64,000 nt of DNA from Thalia democratica. Its lineage: Eukaryota. Each line of letters opens with the position of its first letter. Position 1 is the first letter of the stretch. Both the position numbers and the translations under genes were made by a program. The notes below the pieces were generated by a model. The model had not been told where the DNA came from. It saw only the letters and a list, made by a program, of their open reading frames with translations, and made no database searches. This document shows positions 52,899 to 64,000 of the stretch, in pieces. The stretch spans positions 20,708,001 through 20,772,000 of the forward strand of contig OZ241826.1 in assembly GCA_965202585.1 (NCBI GenBank), in the 5' to 3' direction.

Positions 52899-53844
52899 TT
52901 ACCTTGGAATGTTTTCCGAAAGCGGAAAAAGTACGATGCAAAAAACTATTTTTTTCAATACATTTTCGAGACCCATTTGTTCTCATCGACGTTGTACACA
53001 TACAATTTTAGTTCATTATAGCAGTCTATATCGCAAAATAAAAACAAATTGTTACCGATACTAAATGTTTTAAAATTAGAATTTGTAAGTTTCCTATCCA
53101 GGTAAGTTATATTAAGCACTGCAAATTTTCTAGAAACTTTGTCATAAACATCAGAGGTTGCTATATTCCGTCCATCTATTACAAACATTTTATTATACAT
53201 ACTAACTGAAGAATGATGTTTTCTAGCTTGATTGATATTAGATAGAAATGACCATTCATTTTCGTTATGATCATATGATTGTACTGATTTCATTTTTCGG
53301 TTTATATTTTTACCTCCAATAACAACAATTTTAGCTGAACAAGCTTTTCCTATATTCAGTTTTGCTATCCTTTTCAAGCTATTAAGTTTTTTTTTAAAAT
53401 TTATAACGATCTTGTTTATGTTTGTACTCTTCAATACAACCGCCAAACACATAAACACTTTTCATTAACGAGCAGACACTAAAACAATTTAACTGCTTAG
53501 AAATGGGTTTCAATTCCTTCCAATGTTTTGCCTTTGCACAATAAATTTCAACAGAAAATATCCAGTTACGCTTTTTGCTATATCCACCCTAGTACATAAA
53601 TATTTGAACCAATTGCCGCTGATTTGCATGAGAACCTTGGTGTTAACATTGGACTCATTTTGACAGAAGTCTCGAAGTCAGGACCTTTTATTTTAGTAAC
53701 TTTGTTTATAGCAGCACCATAAATATTTTTACCTCCACAAATAACAACATCAAATTCATCTTGATTGCAATAACGATTTTTATACAAAGTTAAAGGTATA
53801 CCACGATAAAGTAAGGTCGTTTTCGTACAACTAATGAATAACAT
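52899..53844 (-). pseudogene. Duplicate of the 43016-43980 Kelch pseudogene with an extra 18-bp in-frame deletion and a 1-bp 3' deletion
   Basis: ACSAKIVVIGG versus ACLACTAFEGKIVVIGG in copy A; ORFs 52955-53458 and 53578-53859. Confidence 0.87.
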
Positions 53845-54104
53845 TTTAAACCTTAGCAAAAAGATATTGATATACCATTTAGGAAAGATACAAAGTAAGG
53901 TTTGATTAAGTACGTTATTAAGTTTTTTTTCTATAAAAACTAAACAAAAATTTATTTTTAACTTCCATTATGATAATGTTTAAATTTTAAAACAATCTTT
54001 CTCTCAAAATAAGAGATCATCAATTAATAATAAAACTTAGAAAACAATATGGTAAACACCTAAGAACACACTAAAGTTAAACTAAAATTAAAAACTTTCA
54101 TCGA

Positions 54105-54175
54105 GGTATAACATTTAATTTACCCTTATTGCAATAACGATTCTCATACCAAGTTGAAGGTTTATCATTAAAAAT
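54105..54175 (-). pseudogene. Short Kelch 5' relic (counterpart of 44245-44320)
   Basis: Minus strand KPSTWYENRYCNKGKLNVI. Confidence 0.6.
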
Positions 54176-56630
54176 TTACAATATCAGTAAGTTAAGTTTA
54201 AAACTATTTGAAATAATATTTATGTATATAACTTTAAAATGGACTAAATTAATTTTGTAAAAGTATTATCTTTATCAAATTACTACAGTGCAAATTTTGT
54301 AGCTGATTTAATTTTAACTATTAAAATAGTTAGTTTTAAGATAATAAAAGTATATATTTACATAAAGCTAAATTTAAATTTAACTGTAACACCATTTAAA
54401 CTGAATGCATTTATTAAGTACAGTATCTACTGTTACAGTTTTGAGAAAGTAAAAGTATATTCTATATTATTACTTATCATCCAGAATATTTTGTTATTGA
54501 AAATGAGAAAAAATAAATATATCTTTTGATATTAAACATTATAAATATTATTTGTTTACTTTATCGAATAATTGAGTAAGATAGAAGATAAATATATTAC
54601 ATATTCGTGTCGATAAGCTTTAAAAGTTTGTTAAACAAAAAACAATAAAATAGTCTCTAAATTTTTCAAGTACACTAATTAATATTAGTTACTAACACTA
54701 ACTTAATAATTATGAAAACCTAATTGTTTCAAATTATTGTTATTATTTTTTGATTTAGTATTTTTACAGTCTTTTTATAATTTTGAAATTAGCATATAGC
54801 TTTTCAAAAATATTTTCAATTTTAACATATCAATTAGTAATAATATATCAAATTACTATATTAATATGAACTATTTACATTAATTATTATCATGTCAAGA
54901 TGCTTACCGCGATGTAATTTTTAAAGAAAACACTTGCAGCCCTCGGACTAAAACACACTTAACTAGATCAAAAAAAAATAAATTGTGATTACGACTAATA
55001 GTTAGGTTCAAAATTTAACAATTAATACTCACTATTGTTTTATTACTGCTTATCGTATTATTCTTACAGTTTAGAATAATATTGTCAGAGCGTTTTATAC
55101 ATTTTTTAAAATAATTGTAACCTGTTAGTGATTTCTTAAACGAAATTGTCAGTATATACAATTGCTGATATTTGATTCAGTAGAAAAAGACATGGCTATT
55201 TATTTTAAACACATATTTCAAATTTAGGACATTTATCAGCTCAAATACTTTATTTATAACTATAATAATTATAAAATAAGATTTTTTTATAAAAATTTTG
55301 TAACTTACATAAAATTATCAAGTGAGGTGACGTACGTCACATTATAATAGAAAACTAAAATTAAAATGTATTTTTAATTTCTAAGTTAGTTGTACTAAAA
55401 ATTAAATAAGTAGAATTAGAAATTGTACAGAAATAATGTTTTTTTTTATTTGTTTCCGGATGATCAAAGGCAAGAGTAATTCTTTTTTAAGTTAGCGCGT
55501 TTAAAGTTTTGTGCAATTTGTAACTTTTTTTAGTTAACTACAGAAAGTTCTGTCAGTTTGCGCCATTAAATGGTTTTGCACAGGTATAGTTTACCCTAAA
55601 TGAAATAAAGAGTGATTAATTTTCGTATTCAATATTAAACATCATACATTGTTTGTATTGTATAAACCAAAGGTTATTCTGTTTTATTTTTCATAGTTAA
55701 TATTTTTATATAAACAATTTCAATGCACCTGTATGACTAAATTTTTAATAAATACCAAACCTCAAATTGTATTTTCAGTGTAAGTTTTTTCTTTTTTTGT
55801 ATTTAGCTTTTATTCACAAGATACTATTTTTATTTTACCTTTAATAAAACCTTTAATTTTAATATAATAGATTGAAGGTTATACGAATTAAATTAATTAA
55901 TAAAAGTTTGTAACTCAAAAATCAGTAAGCTTTATGCTTCTACAAACATGCCGAAGGTAAATATGGCTTGCAAAAGAAAAGCTTGCAATAAAAACAACAA
56001 TTAAGGAAGAGACATAAAGTAAAAAAAAAATATTCATCTGTAATGAATAAAATTATAGAAATTAATGTTAAAACGAGCGAAAGCTTCTTTTCATTTATAT
56101 ATGATAGAGTAGCTATTGACTTTTATTTATTAAAACAACTCTTACATTGTAAAACCAGAATGTTACAGATTTTTGTTAGAAAAGAACAAAATACTACGTT
56201 TAAATAATATTTTATAAAAAAAAAAGAAATTAAATAATGTTATTAAGATTGTATAATAAACTTTTAATGACAATTTTCATCGAAAATGTACTTTTGTAAG
56301 GATAATTTGGATACTAGATTTTCCATTAGGTTGTTTTCAGCTATTATTAAAAACTAATTGAAGAAAATTTATTTTAATCAAAGTACTTGTTATTTAAATA
56401 TAGTAAAATAACTTTAAGACATTTTCAGAACTTTTTTTTTTAATTGTTGTTAATTTTGTTGCTAACTTAATTATGAACTATTAGCTATTAAGACTAAAAG
56501 CTTTTATGATATTTTAGCATTTAATTTGGATTTTTCTGTTTTATCTTTTTAATAAAATACTTGAAAAGTACTATGACTATCATGCACTATACAGGACTTT
56601 ATATCTAACTTTTTAGTTTTCAAAGCCAAA

Positions 56631-57602
56631 ATGTTTTTTACACCTTTTAGACGAAGACCTCAAGTTTTGTATCAGAATCGTTGTTGTAATCAGGATAAAT
56701 TTGATATTATTATTTGTGGTGGTAGAAAAAGAAATTGTGTATCTACAATTGAAGTTATAAAGTTAAAAGGTCCTGATTTTCAAACTACTGTCAAAATGAG
56801 CCCAATGTTAAGAAAAAAAAAATTAAGCATAACAGCTGTAATTGGTTCTGATATTTATGTTCTTGGTGGATATGATGAAAATGGTATAAGGAATCCTTCT
56901 TTTGAAACGTATTCAGCAAGAAATAGAAATTGGATAGAATTGCCACAAGCGCCTAGTATAATAAAATATAATAGCGTCTGTTCTTTTATGAAAAGTATCT
57001 ATCTAATTGGCGGTTATTTTAAAAATTATCATTTTGGTGATGATGTCTATAACGATGAATGTTATGCTAATAAACTTTATAAGTTTGAGTTAAAAGAAAA
57101 CAAATGGTATCAAGTAGCAAGCTTACAAACAAAGAGAAATAATTCAGCTTGTACAGTTTTTGAAGGTAAAATTATTGTTACCGGAGGTGATATAACCTTT
57201 GTTGATAGACATTACTTAACTTATCGTACAACATTTAAATAAGTAGAATCTTATGATCACCATGACAACAAATGGACCTTTTTATGTGATATGAATAAAC
57301 CCAAATTTTGTCATTCGTCATTTAGTATGGGTAATAAAATGTTTGTAATTGATGGTAGTCATCCAAAAAACTGCGAGGTATATGACAATGTTTCTAAAAA
57401 ATTTACAATGTTTTATCTTAATCCCTCAATTGCAAGACTTCCAAAGATTCAAGCGTTCGGTGTAAATGTTATAATTTATATTTTTGACTTTGAGCTAAAC
57501 ATGTATGCTTATAACATGAGCGAAAACAAGTTGATATTTAAAAGTTCTGTGTTTGAGGGTAGCTTGGAACGTGCAGCTTTAGAAAGGTATCCAAAATTCT
57601 GA
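56631..57602 (+). pseudogene. Duplicate of the 46765-47736 Kelch gene with the same in-frame TAA (57240-57242)
   Basis: Only two amino-acid differences from copy A in the ORF track (N/D, F/L); shared stop. Confidence 0.9.
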
Positions 57603-60261
57603 AGTAGCTTGGTTGTACGAAAACTTCAGTTGTGTGTATAGAAATTTAGTATTTGTACAAATCTATTTGATGTTTTTTTCGTAATACCTATGTATTTTTC
57701 TTTTGAAATGTGATTTGACTATATTTACTTGTTGTTTGTTTTAGTATTAATATTTGTTTTCATAAAATTTGCTGTATTTTTTTTTTAAATAAATTACAAG
57801 ATGCACAAAAAACTTTAAAAAGGTTTTGATTTAAAAATATAATGCAACAGTAAATAACTATAAAACATAAGACAGTTTTTTATAAACTATCAAATTAAAC
57901 CACTTTTTGGTGATGAAAGTACTTTATGAATAGTTTATAAATAATATAAATTTAAAAAAAAGCGGTTGCTATCTTTTGGTTTTATCGTATAGTTTATTTG
58001 TAATGCGTTCCTTGTTTGATCTTTTAAAATAATTAGACATATTATCACACAGATAAAAATATAGTTCGGTAATAAACACAAGATTTACCGCAATGAAATA
58101 CAACGAACGATTAGTGACGAACTAATTACATCCACTTTGTTACAGTAACGAGCTAAATAAATGTATTACGTCAACTAATAAATATCAATTAAGTAAGTTT
58201 ACGAAAGCATCATAAAACATTTTTTTTTAACACAACACTCAAAACATAAAAATGTTATATTATTTTAACATAAAAAAATTTTAACACATAAAAATTAAGT
58301 TTTTCTAAAACAAAAATAGTCTACCTTGCATATTAATTTAATTAAAAAAAATCTTTAGTTGTTTTAAGTTTCAAATTTAAACAAATACTAACGAAATAGA
58401 TGATTTATTTATTATTTATAGATTCAGCTTTAAGTGTTTTAAAAACATGTTTAGTAATTTAGTTACTTGTGTATTTCTATATTTGTGTCGTAGTTATAAT
58501 TGTTTATTAAGCATAAAAAATAAAACTTGTTTTCTTAACATATGTTGAGATAGAAAGTTGTAAAAAGTTTTAAGCATTGTAATTTTTATTTTATTACTGT
58601 ATTTTAAAAAATTGGTTCCACTTTAGCTAATATTTTTTTGTTGTCATTTACTATATTCAAAGATAAAACAAACTGTTTTTATAGACTTAACAAAAGAAAT
58701 TTCAAAAAATTTAAAGTTATTTGTAATTTATATACGAATGTTTTTTTTGAGGACTCAGCAGAAAATTTTAAGAATTTTTTTTTGTGGCACGTTAATATAA
58801 AAACTGTTATCATGAGTACCATGTAGAAGTAATTTTACGAAAATAACTACAACTTGATCGAAATGAAGTTTAACTAGTCTAAATTAAATGCTTATCTAAA
58901 AATTCAAAACAAAAATATTATAAGTATAATCATAAGAAATTGAAAAACAAGTTTATCTTTTTATTTAAATTAATAAGAAGTAATTAATAAACATATTATT
59001 AAGAGAGTTCTGTATTTCATGTATTAAAATATATGCTTATATTCTTAAATAAAATAAATTTAAGCAAAAAAAATCGTCAATTTTATAAAACTGATTAAAA
59101 AAGTAAACATGACAGTTTAAAAAAAAATCGTTCTAAAAACTTTTTATTACTTTCTAAAGAGCTTTTTCTCATGTATTTCTTATTTTAATGTGTTTTATAT
59201 TCATTTATATTTTAATTATATACACATACTGTAAATTATATTATCAGAGACAAACATTAACTTGATTATAAAAATTTTAACATCTTATAATCACTTAAAT
59301 TTCATTAAAATATAAAACGGGTTTTATTTTATACTCAAAACTCGACCTCTACAATTTTTTATAAAAGAAAAAGCAGTTGTATAACTTTATGAAGTACAAT
59401 ATATTTATTTTTAAATATTCTTGCTCTCCTTAGGTATATTTCTAATAACTTTTTTAGCATAAAAATTAGATAATAAAGATTAAAGGAACACTAAGTGATT
59501 TTTTAATGCTGGTTTTCAGCAAAAACAAATAAATCTAGTAACGCTTTTTCAACCATTAAGATGTAACTATTAATTTGTAAATACTATCAACTTTTTTTTT
59601 TTATTTTGTATAAGTATAATATTAAAAAAAATTCGTAATACATGACAAAAATATAGTTTTGAATGTCAATTTATTAACTGTTTTATAAAACCTAATGTTT
59701 TATGTTTATAAAAAAATTTAAACACTTACAAACAACTAACACAATGTTCTTAAGTGTATAAATAAGCTATGAATTCTAAACTTCGGTGTTGTAGAATTTA
59801 GTCGTTTTTTTTAATTGTTAAAGGTATAAAATTTTTGGCTTTTATTTATTTTTATAGTCAGAAAAGTTTAGTATAAATTAAATGTTTTATTTTAATTACC
59901 TAGCGTTTTATTTAAATATTTTAAAATTTAATGTTTTTAAATCTTAAAATTCAAACTACTTTAATAGAGTAAAAAATGATACATTTTATTATTCTATGAA
60001 ATTAATATTTTACCTACTAGTTATATTAAAACAAACTTTTACCTTCAACTGGATGTTTCTTATGAAATTTTATATAAGTATTATTTAGGTTTTAAATAAA
60101 TAAAAGTACTGTATAACTAAATCAGAATATTTATTACAACAAAAGATGTTTAAATAACGTTTTAACGTTTTAAAACTTGAAAATTAAAATAAGTAAAAGA
60201 ATCTAGTAATTTATTGAACAAAACTAGTTTAAAAAACATCCATACTGCTTTAAGTGTTACT

Positions 60262-60915
60262 TTACATTTTAGGATATTTTTCAGTAGCTTAACAAACTGC
60301 ATGCATGAACTTATCTTTTATAAAGTTATTTTCAGAAACCCGTTTTTTCCCATTTACGCTGTACAAATACAGTTTCAGTGTATTATAATTGTCAAAGTCA
60401 GAAAATACAACTAATTTGTCACTAAAACTGAGTATTTTAAAGTTAGAACTGCTAAGTTGATTTTCATATGGATTGATAACATTTTGAACTTTCTAGAAAC
60501 ATATATCATTTCTAGAAATATACTTCAGAGCGTGTTAATCACCATCTGCCTACTACGTTTAATTTTTACCTACCGTAACTACAGAATGGTTACAATTGGC
60601 TTTATTCATATCAGACAAATGTTTCCATTCATTATTACGATGATCATATGACTCTACTGATTTCATGTTTTTTCCACAATATTTACATCCAGTAACAACA
60701 ATTTTACCTTCAAAAACTGCACAAGCTAAATTACTCCTCTGAGTTTGTAAGCTTGGTAATTTATACCAGTTGATTTTTAGAATTAACTTATAAAAATCAT
60801 ATTGATATTGTTCCAAATCAAATTCTCAGGTACCTTCTAAATATACATTCGCCAATTACATAAACACTTTTCATAAATGAATATACACTATAACTTTCTT
60901 GTCGCATGTAGTCTA
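60262..60915 (-). pseudogene. 5'-truncated Kelch relic
   Basis: YSVYSFMKSVYVIG, SLQTQRSNLACAVFEGKIVVTG, KSVESYDHRNNEW; ends EKYPKM* at 60262. Confidence 0.82.
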
Positions 60916-62119
60916 AAAGTTAGTTTAAAGTGTCAAGCCAGTATAATTTTACATTTATTAATGACTAGTTTTATGCATTTTAGAATAAAACATTTTTTAA
61001 CTATTTTTTTTATTATTTGAACAAAATTGCATTTAACTTTATGTAACTCAACTTAACATATTGTTATATCGATAAAATTCTAAAAGTGACGTATTATTTG
61101 AAGTTTTAATAGTTTGTTTATTTCGGTATATTAAAAGATAAATCCTGTTAAATTATTTATATTGATGATATTTTTTATGTATTAGATCAATAATTACAGA
61201 CATAAAATATTGACATAAAAATTTTAAAGATTCTTTTTAACGTAAAAAATAAGCAAATTTTCTACAAAATCAAAAGCATTAGACATAAACATTAAACATT
61301 TACGTTATGAGTACTTTTTTTCAATCATTATTACTTTTTGTTAAAGTGTGGTTTAATCACTATTAAGTTGATAAAACTTATGTGTATGTTTTTAAATTTT
61401 TATTATTTATATTTTAAGGTTTTTTATAATCTCAGAAAAAAAAAGTTTATAGTATATATTTATTTTACGATCAAGACTTCAAGTTTTGTAGTGTTTTTAA
61501 CTAATTTTTTACCAGAACAAAAACTAGAGCAAATTTATGCGTAAAATTTTAAAGTAAAGTAAAAATCTCTTCATCAATTACTAACACTATGCTTATGAGG
61601 TTTTATTTAAATGTATTTATTTTTGCAACCACAATTACTTTAAACTAGTTAAATAATTGAAAAAATTTTTATAAGGTTTTTTAGTTTTTTCTAAATATGT
61701 AGTCTTATTTTTCACTCACTCAAAATAAAATATTGTCTTAATCTAGTTTTTTAAACTTTTGTTTGTCAACAACTTGTTTATGCATTAAAATACCGAAGCT
61801 CAAAAAAATTTCAATATAATATTTTTTCTTAAATTATTGCTTTATTCTTTAGCGAAAAATTTGTTATAAATGATTTATTTTACTAAACTAAGAAGATATA
61901 TATTTTTCCAATAAGTTATAAATTAATCAAAGAATAACTAGTTCATGAAACAAAATGCATTGACTAATATTATGTTTAGAAAAAACGTTAGAATATAAAA
62001 ACTATTTTTAAACTGAGGCATTTTTATATAACAAAAATATCTTGGTATATAACAAAAAAACATATACAAGTTAAAAATAAAAGAAAAACCAATTGGTAAA
62101 TGTAATATAAAGTTAAATG

Positions 62120-63105
62120 TTAAAAAAGCTTGTCTGTAAAGTATTTATACATTACACAGCTTTTTTTAATAATTGGAAGTTTTTCAATTGTTGAAAAACG
62201 CTGAAACATAAAGCTATTTTTCGACAAAATTTTTACATAAACCCATCTTTTCTCATCGAAGTTGTAAACACACATTTTCAGTCTATATGAGTAGAAGCCA
62301 GAAATTATAAACAATTTGCTATTGATACTTAGTGCCTTTTAGTAAAATTGTTAGAAAGACCGATCAATGGCTGATTGATACTGAAGTAAGAAAACTTTCT
62401 AGACACACTGTCATATACTTCAGAATGTGTCAGATTATTTGTATATACTACAAACACTTTATTACCCATACTAACTGCAGAATATTTACATCTATTTTCA
62501 ATCATATCTGGTAAAAATGTCCACTTGTTCTCATGATTATCATATGACTCAACTGATTTTAGCTTTTTTTTATTATGACCTCCTGTAACAATAATTTTAC
62601 CTTCAAAAACTGTACAAGCTGAATCTTTTCTCTCTGTTTGTAAACTTGCTACATTAGTCCACTTGTTTAATTTTGATTCATATTTATAACAGTCATTAAC
62701 GTCATATTCATCAATAAAGTCATCAAATTCGTAAATTTGAAAACAACCGCCAATTACATAAACATTTTTTTTAAACGAACACACACTATAGTATTTTTGC
62801 TGTCCAGGAACATTTTTCAACTCCTTCCAACTTTTAGTTTTTGCAGAATACATTTCAAAAGAAGATATCAAATTATCTGTATTTTCAAATCCACATACAT
62901 AAATATCAGAACCAATTACAGTTGATAAGCTTTCATGTCTTGGTTTAAACATTGAATTCAGACTGTCAGAAGTTTTAAAATCAGGACCTTTGAAAATATT
63001 TACTTTACTTGTGTCTCTACAAATAACGACATCAAACTCATCTTGATTGCAATAACGATTTTCATACAAAAATGTAGGTTTCCTTCTTTGAGATGATGAA
63101 CTCAT
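62120..63105 (-). CDS. Least-damaged Kelch-repeat gene copy: 258 codons open from ATG 63105, then a single frameshift in an A-run near 62340
   Basis: MSSSSQRRKPTFLYENRYCNQDEFDVVIC...SRKFSYF...NNF, then KALSINSKLFIISGFYSYRLKMCVYNFDEKRW in the next frame (ORF 62120-62314). Could be intact if the indel is a sequencing error. Confidence 0.6.
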
Positions 63106-64000
63106 TTTAGCTACAATCAACTTGAATATTTAGATATAAAACCCTGAACGTACTAAACAGTTATAATACTTTTAGGGTTTCAAACTTAATAAAGATTTTT
63201 AATAAAACAAAAAGTTGATTTATATAAAATTAAAATTGCATTTTATGAGTAGCATAATATTGCCAAAAAGTTCGTAATATATATTAGTCTGTAAATTATA
63301 ACAAACAATAAAAGTAGTTATTTTATTATTTTCAATGTCAAAGTTTTTTATTTTGAAAGGAACAATAAAGTTAGAAAACTGTTTTAACAAGTTTAACTAA
63401 CTATTATAACGAGTAAAATATGAAAACTTTAAATTTTGAAAAAAATTTTGAAAATTTTAAATTTTGAAAACTTTTGAACTTTAAATGTTAGACTTTTATA
63501 GACAGCATTATCTAATCAATGGTATATATTCTAAATGTTCTATCTACTGAGTGTTTTAAAGTAGAGTAAACTAAGGAACTTCCACTAGTATAAAAATTAT
63601 CTTTTTAATTAAAAACTGTAACTCTTTTATTTAACTTAAATAGAATTTTTGGCATTAAATATATCTAATAAAAAAATCATTTTTCGAAATAAAAAAGTAA
63701 TAAAATTCAATAATACCACATTCTCATAAAATAAAGTAGGTTTACATCAAAAGAGCGATTTGATATTTTACAAAAAACAATTGTGAAAAATGTTTATTCA
63801 ATAAAATTTAAATGAACAAAAGGCCATAGCGTGTGTAGAGAATCAATAACTTTTTTTTATCTTAATTATCGACTATAATTTTCCATTTACCGATTTTAGA
63901 TATTTAGCTTTGTTTGATAATAATTATTAAGATCACTTCAAAACTATTTGAAGGTTATATTAAAAACATATTATCATTATATCTTTTAATTACGTACTTA

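Larger units (their letters stand above)
49382..59222 (+). repeat. ~9.8-kb tandem duplication, copy B (starts inside the 15-bp array)
   Basis: 49382 taacccaatcacttct matches 39574. Homology to copy A ends at tttaattatata, ~59222. Confidence 0.92.

Noticed and set aside
12965-57242. Alternative genetic code (TAA/TAG read as Gln or another residue) making the Kelch copies intact
   Set aside because: In-frame stops fall at positions where paralogs have Glu, Ser, Gln, Tyr, Lys or Leu, each one substitution away; TAA also terminates the PARP and several Kelch ORFs normally.
1-64000. Poxvirus or giant-virus genome, or a bacterial defence island (Kelch plus ART)
   Set aside because: Very low coding density, splice-acceptor-like sites, pervasive pseudogenes, minisatellites and an LTR retrotransposon indicate a eukaryotic nuclear chromosome.

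Overview
Very AT-rich, low-coding-density eukaryotic (probably invertebrate) DNA; no organism call is possible from sequence alone. The window is dominated by a birth-and-death array of one Kelch-repeat (six-bladed beta-propeller) gene family. I count about 19 copies or relics on both strands. Each near-full-length copy is one uninterrupted exon-like unit of ~310-330 codons preceded by a conserved 3' splice-acceptor-like site. No BTB/BACK exon is recognisable, and no copy is fully intact. The loops after the GG motifs of blades 3 and 4 (substrate-binding face) vary strongly in length and sequence and are often Tyr/Asp-rich. At the left edge is an intact, intronless, stand-alone PARP-type ADP-ribosyltransferase domain that keeps the H-Y-E triad. 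Also present: a decayed Ty3/gypsy LTR retrotransposon (27083-34280, minus strand) whose gag frame starts inside the LTR; a 2.8-kb foldback-like non-autonomous element with inverted arms of 15-bp repeats and a 211-bp relative with similar ends; a ~9.8-kb tandem duplication; an older ~3-kb inverted duplication; and a 32-bp minisatellite. All alignments, identities and counts were done by eye.
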